From positions 1 to 62,780 of the IMG/VR virus record IMGVR_UViG_3300007609_000001: a DNA stretch of 62,780 nucleotides. One strand, 5' to 3'. The position numbers and the translations under genes were made by a program. Below are positions 14,273 to 23,803 of this stretch, piece after piece. The notes beneath the pieces were generated by a model, which saw nothing but the letters and a program-made list of their open reading frames with translations, was not told the origin of the DNA and did no database searches. This DNA is from a virus (lineage: Duplodnaviria; Caudoviricetes). How positions within the stretch are numbered: position 1 is the stretch's first letter; the number at the start of each line of letters is the position of its first letter.

Positions 14273-16237
14273 ATGCGAAAGATATACCTAGACTTTGAGA
14301 CCTACTGGTCGCAAGACCACAGCCTGACTAAGATTCACCCGGTCGAGTACGTCATGCACCCGGAGACTGAGATTCAGTCGGTTGCCATTAAAGAAGGCGA
14401 TGACGGCGAGACGTTTGTGCTGTTCGGTGAAAAAGATATTCAGGCGTGGGTGGATCATACTGACTTCTCAGATGCGATGTTGATTGGGCATAACATGGCA
14501 GGCTTCGATGCGATGATCTGCGCATGGCGGTTCGGCATTAAACCGAAAGCATGGAGTTGCACGCTAGCCATTGCCCGTGCGCTGGGGTACGCCAAGACAG
14601 TTGGCGGATCACTGAAAAAGGTTGCAGCTGCTCTGGAGCTCGGAGCCAAGCTAGACCTTGAGGCGACTAACACTAAAGGCAAGAAGCTCGCTGATTTCAC
14701 ACCCGAAGAGATTGAGTCTATGCGCACCTACAACGTGGTGGATACTGAGCTGTGCGCCGGGATATTCAATAAGCTAGCGCCCCAACTGGGCATTCGTGAG
14801 TTGCGTTTGATTGACATGACAATCCGCATGTTAGTCGAGCCACAGTTTGAGCTGGACGAAGAGCTACTTGAGCGCACGCTGGCGGAGATTAAACAGACGC
14901 AACGCGATGTGTTGATTAAAGTTGCGCACTCGCTACTGCCTGAACTATCTGGCGCGATGGAGGGTCTGGTCGAGACTGACACTTACAAGCAATTACTCCC
15001 CGAGGAGTTGATCGAGCAGGCTAAGAAGGTGCTGGCTAGCGCGCCGAAGTTCGCTAAGTTCTTAGAAAGTAAGGGCGTGCCGGTGCCGATGAAGCCCTCG
15101 CCGTCTAACCCTGAAAAGCAAATCCCCGCCCTTGCTAAGACAGATGAGGACTTTCTCGCGCTGCAGGAGCATGAGGACTTTGAAGTTGCCGCCGCTGCCA
15201 GCGCACGCCTTGGCGTGAAGAGCACTATACTTGAGACGCGCATCGAGCAGTTCTTACGCTGCGGTCGGGCTATCGGTGGGCGCATGCCCATCGCACTTAA
15301 CTATTATGGAGCAGACACTACCGGTCGCTGGTCGGGTACGATGAAGATGAACCAGCAGAACCTGCCTCGGGTAAACCCGCATAAGCCCAAGCCCTCTGAT
15401 GCACTGCGTAAATGTTTGCTTGCGCCGAGACGCAAAAGCGTTGTGGTGGCTGACTTGTCGGGTATTGAGTTGCGAGTCAACCACTTTTTGTGGAAAGAAG
15501 TCGCCAGCATGCAGCTGTTTAACGACGACCCGGCTAAGGCCGATCTGTATAAAGACTTCGCCAGTAAGTTGTATAAGAAAGACTGGGATGAGGTGACAAA
15601 GGCTGAGCGACAGGTTGGCAAGGTTGCACACCTTGGGTTGGGGTACGGCGCAGGCGCGGCTACATTCCAGAAAGTTGCAAAGATAATGGGCGGTGTAGAC
15701 CTGAGCCTGAAAGAGTCTGAGGAGGTTGTTGCAAAATGGCGAAACGAGTATGGGCGTATCGCAGCGGGTTGGCGTACCTGCCATGACCGGCTATCTGATA
15801 TTTACTACGGGCATTATGGAATTAACATTGACCCGTGGGGTTTGTGCCAGACTATTGAGGGGGGGATAAAGACTCCGCTTGGCATGATCCGCTACCCTGA
15901 TCTGCGTCAAGAAACCAACGAGGAAACCGGGCGTACGGAGTGGGTGTATGGTCATGGGCGCAAGAAGGCACGGATATACGCTGGGAAAGTCACGGAAAAC
16001 ATTGTGCAACATTTAGCCCGTGAGGCGATGGCTGACATGATGTTGGAAATTCAGAAGTGCTACCCCATTGCTCACACGGTACACGATGAGATTATTCTTG
16101 TTGTAGCCGAGCACGACGACGAAGAAGCGCTGGCTTATATGCAGTCTATTATGCGTCGGGGCGTGAAGTGGTGGCCTGATCTGGTAACATGGTCTGAAGG
16201 GAGCACAGCTCTTAACTATGGCGAGGCTAAGGACTAA
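14273..16237 (+). CDS. polA: DNA polymerase family A with 3'-5' exonuclease
   Basis: YLDFETY (ExoI), GHNMAGFD, TTGRWSG, ADLSGIELR (motif A), KVAHLGLGYG (B), TVHDEI (C). Confidence 0.95.
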   Translation: MRKIYLDFETYWSQDHSLTKIHPVEYVMHPETEIQSVAIKEGDDGETFVLFGEKDIQAWVDHTDFSDAMLIGHNMAGFDAMICAWRFGIKPKAWSCTLAIARALGYAKTVGGSLKKVAAALELGAKLDLEATNTKGKKLADFTPEEIESMRTYNVVDTELCAGIFNKLAPQLGIRELRLIDMTIRMLVEPQFELDEELLERTLAEIKQTQRDVLIKVAHSLLPELSGAMEGLVETDTYKQLLPEELIEQAKKVLASAPKFAKFLESKGVPVPMKPSPSNPEKQIPALAKTDEDFLALQEHEDFEVAAAASARLGVKSTILETRIEQFLRCGRAIGGRMPIALNYYGADTTGRWSGTMKMNQQNLPRVNPHKPKPSDALRKCLLAPRRKSVVVADLSGIELRVNHFLWKEVASMQLFNDDPAKADLYKDFASKLYKKDWDEVTKAERQVGKVAHLGLGYGAGAATFQKVAKIMGGVDLSLKESEEVVAKWRNEYGRIAAGWRTCHDRLSDIYYGHYGINIDPWGLCQTIEGGIKTPLGMIRYPDLRQETNEETGRTEWVYGHGRKKARIYAGKVTENIVQHLAREAMADMMLEIQKCYPIAHTVHDEIILVVAEHDDEEALAYMQSIMRRGVKWWPDLVTWSEGSTALNYGEAKD

Positions 16238-16242
16238 ATCGC

Positions 16243-16905
16243 ATGACCAGACACACTTGGAGTTTCAGCGCCTTAAAGACTTTTGAGACTTGCCCACGCA
16301 AGTATCACGCTGAAAAGGTTGAAAAGTTATACCCGTTTGAAGAAACGGAGCAGACGCTTTACGGCAAAGAGGTACACCTTGCCGCTGAGGAATACATCCG
16401 TGACGGTAAGCCGTTGCCTAAAGGCATGGAGAAGTTTCAGAAGCCGCTTGACTCTTTAAATAAAATCCCCGGTGACAAGCACTGTGAATTAAAGATGGCT
16501 TTAACAACTGACCGGCGCTCTGTTGGGTTCTTTGATAAGAGCGTGTGGGTGCGAGGCATTGCTGATTTGGTCATTGTCAATGGGCACAGGGCTTGGGTGG
16601 TGGATTACAAGACTGGCTCGGCTAAGTACCCTGATAAGAAACAGCTAGAGCTGATGGCGCTAATGGTGTTTGCCCATTTTCCTGAAGTGACTACCGTGAA
16701 GGCAGCGCTCGTGTTCTTGCTCCACGACCATGTAGAAAAAGAAACCTACAAGCGCGATCAAGCCGATACGTTGTGGGAGAAGTGGGATCAGAAAACCGAT
16801 ATACTTGACCGAGCATTTGAGCACGACAACTGGCCGCCTAACCCCAACGGGCTGTGCCGTAAGTATTGTCCGGTTGTGACTTGTGAGTTTAACGGGAGGG
16901 CGTGA
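16243..16905 (+). CDS. PD-(D/E)xK RecB/Cas4-like exonuclease
   Basis: WSFSAL..FETCP, RGIADL, VDYKTG, QLELMA, C-terminal CRKYCPVVTC. Confidence 0.88.
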   Translation: MTRHTWSFSALKTFETCPRKYHAEKVEKLYPFEETEQTLYGKEVHLAAEEYIRDGKPLPKGMEKFQKPLDSLNKIPGDKHCELKMALTTDRRSVGFFDKSVWVRGIADLVIVNGHRAWVVDYKTGSAKYPDKKQLELMALMVFAHFPEVTTVKAALVFLLHDHVEKETYKRDQADTLWEKWDQKTDILDRAFEHDNWPPNPNGLCRKYCPVVTCEFNGRA

Positions 16906-16906
16906 T

Positions 16907-17164
16907 ATGCCTAGGAATCCTCGGGACTACAAAAAAGAGCGTAAGTACGACAGCAAACCGGAAGTCAAAGCCCGCCGTGCCGCGCGCAACCGCGCACGAT
17001 ACAAGCTCATGAAAGAGGGCAAGGTCAGCAAGGGCGACGGCAAAGACGTGGATCACAAGAAGCCGCTTAGCAAAGGCGGCAGCACAAAGCGCGATAATTT
17101 GCGCGTTACTCCGGCGAAGAAGAACCGATCATACTCCCGCACTAAGTCCGCTCGGATGAAATAG
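16907..17164 (+). CDS. HNH endonuclease (small, basic)
   Basis: DVDHKKPLSKGGS...NLRV...NRS. Confidence 0.85.
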   Translation: MPRNPRDYKKERKYDSKPEVKARRAARNRARYKLMKEGKVSKGDGKDVDHKKPLSKGGSTKRDNLRVTPAKKNRSYSRTKSARMK

Positions 17165-17172
17165 ATAGCAAG

Positions 17173-17195
17173 GCGCACTTACGGGTGCGTTTTTT
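17173..17195 (+). terminator. Rho-independent terminator
   Basis: GCGCAC-ttacgg-GTGCGT followed by a T run; TTGACT-N18-TAGTCT candidate promoter immediately after. Confidence 0.6.
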
Positions 17196-17280
17196 GTTGA
17201 CTACGCCCTGCTATTTTTCGTAGTCTGGCTACGTTTCACTTAACAAAAGCAAAGTTTGTAATCTGACATAAGGAGTCAGT

Positions 17281-18834
17281 GTGGAGATAATCGACAATCG
17301 TGGTTTGTTGGTTCGAGTACGAGACCACGAAAAAGTGACCAAGCACATTGCACAGAGCCGTTACATTGGGGCGGACGAGGACGGGGCAGATAAGGTGCTA
17401 GTCAACTGGACGTTGGATAACACCCGCAAACTAACTAACCTTGGCCTGCGCCGCACTCCCTCACCGATCGTGCGTGATTATGATTGGCCGGGCGTATATA
17501 AGCCCTTTGACCACCAGCGGCAGACGGCTAACTTTTTAGCTGCGAACAACCGAGCTTTTTGTTTTAGCGAGCAAGGCACAGGCAAAACCGGTGCAGTAAT
17601 CTGGGCGGCTGACTACCTAATGAACGTTGGCGATATAAAACGCGTGCTGATCGTATGCCCCCTGTCTATTATGCACTCAGCGTGGATGACAGATATTTTT
17701 AAGATCGCGATGCACCGCACCGCCGCTGTAGCCCACGGGACACAAGCAACTCGAAAAAAAGTTATCAACGGTGAATATGAGTTTGTCATCATCAACTACG
17801 ATGGCATTCCGATTATGGAAAAAGAGCTGCAGAATAAGTTTGATCTGATCGTGGCTGACGAAGCTAACTTCTTAAAGACCGCGACGACACGAAGATGGAA
17901 GGCTTTTAATAAAGTTCTCAGGCCAGAAAATAAGTTATGGATGTTGACCGGCACCCCTGCCGCGCAGAGCCCTGCTGATGCTTATGGCCTTGCCAAACTT
18001 GCCGTGCCTCAGCGCGTGCCGCCTTACTTTACATCGTGGAAAAACCGCGTTTTGATTCGCATTTCGCAGTTTAAGTGGATACCCGCGCCAGACGCGACCA
18101 AGCTAGTGAACGCGGCGCTTCAACCTGCGATTCGATTCACAAAAGCTGACTGCCTTGATCTGCCACCGCTAACCTATGTGACCCGAGAGATTGAGTTGAC
18201 TGCTCAACAGAAAAAGTATTACCGGCAGCTTAAAAAACAAATGCTTATTGAGGCCGCAGGTGAGAGTATTAGCGCGGTGCATGCCGCTGCTGGCTTAAAC
18301 AAACTACTGCAGATTAGTTGCGGGGCGGTGTACTCAGACGACGGTGAAGTTGTGCAATTTGATGCTAAGAACCGACTTGACGAAGTCTCGGAGGTTGTGC
18401 AGGAGGCGAGCCATAAAGTCATTGTGTTTGTGCCGTTTAAGCACGCCATTGATATCGTGACTGACCGACTGCGCAAGGATGGGTTTAGCACCGAGGTGAT
18501 AAGCGGCGGTGTTTCTATGAAAGCCCGGACTAAAATCTTTAAAGACTTCCAAGAATCAGACGACCCCCGGGTGCTAGTCATACAGCCGCAAAGCGCATCG
18601 CATGGCGTGACATTAACGGCGGCGGATACGATTGTATGGTTTGGCCCAGTTGCATCTGTAGAGACTTGGTTACAAGCAAACGAACGTATAAACAGACCAT
18701 CACAAAAGAATAAGATGACTGTAATAAAAATTTACGGCTCAGAGGTTGAAAAGAGAGTATATGATGCGCTAGAATCCAAAGAAGCTAATCAAAAAACACT
18801 GGTTGGCTTGTATGAACAAGAGTTAAAAGCGTAA
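17281..18834 (+). CDS. SNF2/SF2 helicase
   Basis: EQGTGKT, IVADEA, LTGTP, SHGVTLT, QANERINRP. Confidence 0.92.
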   Translation: MEIIDNRGLLVRVRDHEKVTKHIAQSRYIGADEDGADKVLVNWTLDNTRKLTNLGLRRTPSPIVRDYDWPGVYKPFDHQRQTANFLAANNRAFCFSEQGTGKTGAVIWAADYLMNVGDIKRVLIVCPLSIMHSAWMTDIFKIAMHRTAAVAHGTQATRKKVINGEYEFVIINYDGIPIMEKELQNKFDLIVADEANFLKTATTRRWKAFNKVLRPENKLWMLTGTPAAQSPADAYGLAKLAVPQRVPPYFTSWKNRVLIRISQFKWIPAPDATKLVNAALQPAIRFTKADCLDLPPLTYVTREIELTAQQKKYYRQLKKQMLIEAAGESISAVHAAAGLNKLLQISCGAVYSDDGEVVQFDAKNRLDEVSEVVQEASHKVIVFVPFKHAIDIVTDRLRKDGFSTEVISGGVSMKARTKIFKDFQESDDPRVLVIQPQSASHGVTLTAADTIVWFGPVASVETWLQANERINRPSQKNKMTVIKIYGSEVEKRVYDALESKEANQKTLVGLYEQELKA

Positions 18835-18862
18835 ACCACTTAATCGCTTCGGAGATAACAAT

Positions 18863-19252
18863 ATGGATACAGGAAAGCTGGTTGCAGCCTACGTTAAGAT
18901 TCGTGACGCTCGTGCTGATTTGAAGCATAAGTTTGATGAAGAGGACGGCGCGCTGCGTGAGAAGTTGGAGAAGATTGAGCAGGCCTTGCTTAATCTGACT
19001 AAAGAACACGGGCTAGATAGTATTAAGACGCCGCATGGTACGGCTTCGCGTACTGTTCGCACCCGTTATTGGGCATCCGATTGGGATGCGTTTACTAAGT
19101 TCCTTGATGAGCATGGCACTTACGATTTACTTGAGCGCCGGATTCACCAAGGCAACTTCAAGCAATTTCTGGAAAACAACCCAGATATTAAGCCACCGGT
19201 TAACGCAGATAGCCGGTATTCAATCGTGGTTAGACGAGGTAACAAGTCGTGA
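18863..19252 (+). CDS. Conserved phage replication-region protein
   Basis: Coiled coil plus SIKTPHGT...DWDAF...DLLERRI. Confidence 0.7.
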   Translation: MDTGKLVAAYVKIRDARADLKHKFDEEDGALREKLEKIEQALLNLTKEHGLDSIKTPHGTASRTVRTRYWASDWDAFTKFLDEHGTYDLLERRIHQGNFKQFLENNPDIKPPVNADSRYSIVVRRGNKS

Positions 19253-19437
19253 CAGAAAACCAACTGGAGTTGTTGAACACAAAGGAGGCGGCGCAGTTTC
19301 TGCGCCTGTCCCCATCAGCGATTCACAAGTTAAGAAAAGAAGGGAGTATCCCTTTCGTGCAGCTTGGCAAGAAGGTCTTTTTTAAAAAGGAATCACTGGT
19401 CGAGTTCGTTGACAAGCAAATGCGGATTTATGAGTAA
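19249..19437 (+). CDS. Excisionase-like HTH_17 DNA-binding protein
   Basis: LLNTKEAAQFLRLSPSAIHKLRKEGSIPFVQLGKKVFF. Confidence 0.85.
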   Translation: MTENQLELLNTKEAAQFLRLSPSAIHKLRKEGSIPFVQLGKKVFFKKESLVEFVDKQMRIYE

Positions 19438-19448
19438 GGAGTACGAAA

Positions 19449-20363
19449 ATGAGTAACGAAATCGGAATGTTTGAAGGCGCTGCAAATGTGCCTGCCCATT
19501 TACAGGGTGGTGATCTGTCAGAAACTGCTAAGGCGCTCGGTGCTGGCGGCGGTGGTCTGAAGTGGATCAGCATTAAAGGTAGTGTGTTCCGCATGATGGT
19601 CGGCGGCCAAGAGGTAGCGACCAACGAAGACCGGGCGATGAAGATGGTTATTGTGGCTTCTGCTCCCGGCTACGCTCGTACGTACTACGACACCAGCTAC
19701 AAGGATGGCCAGAGCTCGATGCCTGTTTGCTGGTCGGACGACGGCAACGCGCCAAGTGAGCATGCCACTGACCCACAAGGCAGCCTGTGTGCCTCATGCC
19801 CGCAGAACATTAAAGGCTCTGGCCCCAACGGTGGCCGTGCATGCCGATACTCCGCCCGTCTTGCCGTTGTGCTCGAAGGGGACATGGGTGGTGATGTGTA
19901 TGGCCTGAATGTTCCAGCTGCTTCTATCTTCGGTGATGTGGACAGCGAGCACTACCTCTCTTTGCAGGAGTACGTTAAGAAGCTAGCTGGCTTTGGCTAC
20001 GATGTGGTCAAGGTTGTCACCGAGATGAAGTTCGACACCAAGGCCCCCGTGCCTAAGTTGATGTTCCGTGCGGTTCGTCCGCTGGACGAGAAGGAATGGG
20101 CGCAGGTGCAGAATATCTCTGATAGCCCAGAGGCTAAGTCGCACACCGGTGAGCGCAAGTATGAGCGCAAGGAAGACGACGCGGGTACGTCAGACGCGGC
20201 TAATCCGAACGCGAAAGCCCCGCAGCCTGTTGAGGAAGTTGACGAGGTGCAATCGCCGGAGGTCGAAGAGCCGAAGAAAGTCTCTAAGAAGAAAGCCCCT
20301 GAGCCACCGCCGACGGATGACATGACTGACATCCTCGATGAGTGGGGAGACGAGGCTGACTGA
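19449..20363 (+). CDS. Putative ssDNA-binding protein
   Basis: CWSDDG...CASCPQN...ACRY; acidic C-terminal tail; lies between helicase and primase. Confidence 0.6.
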   Translation: MSNEIGMFEGAANVPAHLQGGDLSETAKALGAGGGGLKWISIKGSVFRMMVGGQEVATNEDRAMKMVIVASAPGYARTYYDTSYKDGQSSMPVCWSDDGNAPSEHATDPQGSLCASCPQNIKGSGPNGGRACRYSARLAVVLEGDMGGDVYGLNVPAASIFGDVDSEHYLSLQEYVKKLAGFGYDVVKVVTEMKFDTKAPVPKLMFRAVRPLDEKEWAQVQNISDSPEAKSHTGERKYERKEDDAGTSDAANPNAKAPQPVEEVDEVQSPEVEEPKKVSKKKAPEPPPTDDMTDILDEWGDEAD

Positions 20364-20566
20364 TGCTGTACGGACAACTATCGCACAGCGACCTGCGCAG
20401 GCTTCTTAATGAAGCCTTGCACCATAGCCATGGCGACGTAGTGGAGTTAGATAGAGATTTAGCAGAACAGCTTGCTGACTCTATGGATACACTGGTAGCT
20501 TTGGTAGAACAGGCGGCGGAGACTGACAATCTTAGTCGTCAGCAGGGCCAGTTAGACTTGTTCTGA
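20363..20566 (+). CDS. Hypothetical protein ending QLDLF
   Basis: TGATG-coupled; the C-terminus matches the beta-clamp binding consensus QL[S/D]LF. Confidence 0.6.
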   Translation: MLYGQLSHSDLRRLLNEALHHSHGDVVELDRDLAEQLADSMDTLVALVEQAAETDNLSRQQGQLDLF

Positions 20567-20623
20567 TAGGCAATAATGGGGGCAGCATTGCTGCCCCCCA
20601 CATAACAACGCCGGAAGCATCGA

Positions 20624-23515
20624 ATGAGCGCACTAAACGACTTTCTCGATGCTGTGCTTCCTGATAATGGAGTGTATTGCGTTGTTGGCATCCAGAGTGG
20701 CGGCAAGGTCGGGCAACTATTTGTCGAGTCTAAAGACAAGGTTGCGGAGAGAGCAGCAGACCTAGTTGAGCATGGAGTCAACGCATACTTCGCGGTAGCT
20801 TCTTTTGAGGAAGGCAGCAAAAAACGAACCCAAGATAACGCCGCGTGGATGCGTGCGTTCTGGCTTGACTTAGATTGTGGTGAAGGAAAAGAGTACGCGA
20901 CGCAGGACGACGCATTAAATACCCTGCCTGCGTTTATTAGCGCGGCTAATTTGCCTGAGCCCTTGTTAGTTAATTCAGGCAACGGAATCCATGTGTATTG
21001 GCCTTTGCACGAGGACATCTCAAGCGAAGACTGGCTACGTATTGCAGGCAAGCTCAAAGCCGCCTGCCGTTTGTTGGGCCTCAAGGCGGACCCTGCAGTC
21101 ACCGCAGACTCTGCGCGTATACTGCGCGTTCCAACAACCGTGAATTACAAAGACCCGGACAACCCCAAGACGGTGTATGTGCTGGGGGATAAGTATGAGG
21201 TGACGACCGCTGAAGACATCGAGGAGAACCTCGATCAGCTTGACTTGCCAGCAGAAAAGCCTGCACAGCCTGCCGCTAAGGGCGAGCTAAGTGAGACAGC
21301 TAAGGCATTGATTGGCCTGCGTACTTCTAAGTTTGCCAAGATCGCACGGCGTAGCTTAAAAGGGCAGGGTTGTAACGCCATGCGTTACATCATTCAGAAT
21401 CAGCAAGAAGTTGACGAGCCGCTATGGCGCGCGGGGTTATCCGTGGCGTGGGCCTGCGAGGACGCAGACACTGCCATTCATATTATGTCTAGGAAACACT
21501 CGGGCTATACGCCGGAGAATACGCTAGAGAAGGCGCAGTTGACCAAGGGCCCATACACCTGCGATACCATTGGTGAGTTGATGCCTAGTCTGTGTGAAGG
21601 CTGCCCGTTTAAGGGTAAGATTAGCAGTCCTATACAACTGGGTAGTGAAGTCAAACGAGATGAGCAGGGTATGTTTATGCTGGAGGTTCCATCTGAGGAG
21701 CCGCAGCCTGATGAAGTTATAGCTGACGAGCCGGTGGAAGAACCGGCAGAAGACGAGGACGAAGAAGCCGTTAAGGGCTACAAGCCGCCATTTCCATACT
21801 TCCGTGCGAAGGACGGGGGTATTTACCGGCAGGACGGGACAGGGGATGAGGCTACTGAGATTAAGGTCTATGAGTACGACCTCTACCCGTTTAAGCGGGT
21901 TAACGACCCGAACGACGGCGAAGCGATTGTGTTTAGGCACCACTTGCCCAGAGATGGCGTTCGCGAGTTTACCGTCCCACTGACCCGGTTGATGGCGATG
22001 GATCAGTTTAGGGATACCTTTGGCAAAGAGGGCGTAGTCGCCCCGCAATCACAGATGAAAGAGCTTATGAACTATTCAATTCGTTTTGCAAAAGAGCTGC
22101 AGAGACTGCAGAAAGCCAATGAGGCGAGGCTTCAGTTTGGCTGGGATGACAAGCGCGAGAAGTTTATTGTCGGCAACCGCACGTATTGCAAGGGCGGTAA
22201 GATCGAGCATAACCCGGCATCCAGCACTACCGTGGATTTGATCCGACATTTTGAACCGCGCGGGTTGTTGAGTGACTGGAAGGCAGCGGCAAATGTGTTT
22301 GCCCGAGAAGGCATGGAGCCTTTGCAGATCGCGGTGGGTGCTGGGTTCGCAGCGCCGCTTATGCCGTTTACTGGGCTGCCCGGGGCTACCATAAACCTGA
22401 TTAGTAACGAGTCAGGCACCGGCAAGTCTACTGCTGGCTTTGTCGCTATGAGCATCTATGGCGACCCGCTGGAGACCTCGCTGATCGCAGCGGACACGCA
22501 CCTTGCTCGCATGCACCGCATTGGCGTGATGAACAATCTGCCTGTGATGTCAGATGAGATGACTAACCTTGCACCTGACCTGCTGTCTAACATGATCTAC
22601 GCAGTCTCTCAGGGGCGGGCACGGCACCGCATGGAGAAGGACGCGAACCGGGAGCGTAAGAACATTAGCTCGTGGAAGACTATTCTGCTGACAAACTCAA
22701 ACTCCTCGATGATGAGCAAACTTTCTAAAGCCAAGGCACGCCCGGATGGGGAGATGATGCGCCTGATGGAGATGCACGTGGATCGCGTGTACGTCGAGGA
22801 CGCTGACATTCTATTTGAAAAGATTAAGTCGAGCTATGGCATCGCAGCCGAGGTCTATGTGCCGTGGATCGTTGACTATAGTGACATGATCGCTGAGCTC
22901 TACGATAAAGAGCGGGACATGATCTACGCTAAGATTGAAAAGCGCATGGATGAGCGGTTCTGGGTAGGCACGTTGGCGATGTGCTTAGTCGGGCTTCGCA
23001 TCGCACAGAAACTAGGACTGCACGACTACGACCTTGTCCATTTGCAGGAGTGGGTATGCGATTACATCATGTCTCAGCGCAGTGAAGTCAAGTCAGAAGT
23101 CTCTATGGCGGACGACCTTGTGGGTGAGTTTTTGATGGATCACTCTAATGGCATATTGGCTATTGGCCCGAGCATCAACCCACGCAGCGGGGATAATATC
23201 TGGATGCCTGCGCGCAGCTCACAACTGGTTGCACGGTTTGAGCTTGAAGATAACCTCATGTATATCGCCAAAAAACCGTTCCGTGAATACTGCGTAGACC
23301 GGCAGTTTACTGAGTCTGAAGCACTGCGGGAGGCTGCACGTGAGGAGTCTACCTTCCGTTATATCCGCACAACTAAGAAGCGCATGATGGCGGGCACTGC
23401 GATTACCTCTCCGGGCGTTGATGCTCACGTGTTTAAGTGCGCACCCGAGGAGGCCGAGGCTATCTTTGAGACGCTAGAAAAACGTGCAGCTAGCGATGAG
23501 GATGCGGAGGAATAA
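20624..23515 (+). CDS. Primase-helicase (AEP/RepB-like plus DUF927-like P-loop domain)
   Basis: WLDLDCG, NSGNGIHVYW, ARILRVP, SGTGKST, SDEMTN. Confidence 0.88.
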   Translation: MSALNDFLDAVLPDNGVYCVVGIQSGGKVGQLFVESKDKVAERAADLVEHGVNAYFAVASFEEGSKKRTQDNAAWMRAFWLDLDCGEGKEYATQDDALNTLPAFISAANLPEPLLVNSGNGIHVYWPLHEDISSEDWLRIAGKLKAACRLLGLKADPAVTADSARILRVPTTVNYKDPDNPKTVYVLGDKYEVTTAEDIEENLDQLDLPAEKPAQPAAKGELSETAKALIGLRTSKFAKIARRSLKGQGCNAMRYIIQNQQEVDEPLWRAGLSVAWACEDADTAIHIMSRKHSGYTPENTLEKAQLTKGPYTCDTIGELMPSLCEGCPFKGKISSPIQLGSEVKRDEQGMFMLEVPSEEPQPDEVIADEPVEEPAEDEDEEAVKGYKPPFPYFRAKDGGIYRQDGTGDEATEIKVYEYDLYPFKRVNDPNDGEAIVFRHHLPRDGVREFTVPLTRLMAMDQFRDTFGKEGVVAPQSQMKELMNYSIRFAKELQRLQKANEARLQFGWDDKREKFIVGNRTYCKGGKIEHNPASSTTVDLIRHFEPRGLLSDWKAAANVFAREGMEPLQIAVGAGFAAPLMPFTGLPGATINLISNESGTGKSTAGFVAMSIYGDPLETSLIAADTHLARMHRIGVMNNLPVMSDEMTNLAPDLLSNMIYAVSQGRARHRMEKDANRERKNISSWKTILLTNSNSSMMSKLSKAKARPDGEMMRLMEMHVDRVYVEDADILFEKIKSSYGIAAEVYVPWIVDYSDMIAELYDKERDMIYAKIEKRMDERFWVGTLAMCLVGLRIAQKLGLHDYDLVHLQEWVCDYIMSQRSEVKSEVSMADDLVGEFLMDHSNGILAIGPSINPRSGDNIWMPARSSQLVARFELEDNLMYIAKKPFREYCVDRQFTESEALREAAREESTFRYIRTTKKRMMAGTAITSPGVDAHVFKCAPEEAEAIFETLEKRAASDEDAEE

Positions 23516-23518
23516 GAT

Positions 23519-23710
23519 GTGCTTCGTTGGGACTTCGACGCTGTACTAGGCGGTATGCGAGTGGGGGATAGCTTTTTTATCCCCTGCTTAGAGTGCGAAA
23601 AGTACCGCCGGCAGGTTTACGAAAAGGCTAAAGAGTACGGCGTGGAGGTTAGGTGCATGAAAAGAACTGAGAATTATATCAAGGGTTTACGCACGTGGAG
23701 AATCCGGTAG
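23519..23710 (+). CDS. Hypothetical protein
   Basis: MRVGDSFFIPC...GLRTWR. Confidence 0.65.
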   Translation: MLRWDFDAVLGGMRVGDSFFIPCLECEKYRRQVYEKAKEYGVEVRCMKRTENYIKGLRTWRIR

Positions 23711-23714
23711 AATA

Positions 23715-23774
23715 CCACTTACAGTGACGCCCTGCTCTCTCCTCCTCTGACTGCGTCACTGGTCTCTGAAGTGG
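23715..23774 (+). ncRNA. Candidate sRNA hairpin with an anti-SD-like CU loop
   Basis: CAGTGACGC/GCGTCACTG stem, loop CCTGCTCTCTCCTCCTCTGACT; TTTACG-N16-TAGAAT upstream and a terminator downstream. Confidence 0.5.
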
Positions 23775-23777
23775 GTT

Positions 23778-23803
23778 GCCCCCGGTTCGCCGGGGGCTTT
23801 TTT
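23778..23803 (+). terminator. Rho-independent terminator where the two arms converge
   Basis: GCCCCCGG-ttcg-CCGGGGGC-TTTTTT. Confidence 0.9.

Noticed and set aside
16243-16905. Cas4 as part of a CRISPR-Cas system
   Set aside because: Stand-alone RecB-like exonuclease in a normal phage replication context
19249-19437. Integration/excision module
   Set aside because: Only an Xis-like HTH; no tyrosine or serine recombinase or att site recognised
20746-20756. GGAGAGAGCAG in the primase gene as target of the 23731-23752 loop
   Set aside because: An 11-nt match inside a CDS is plausible by chance given several loop windows and both strands
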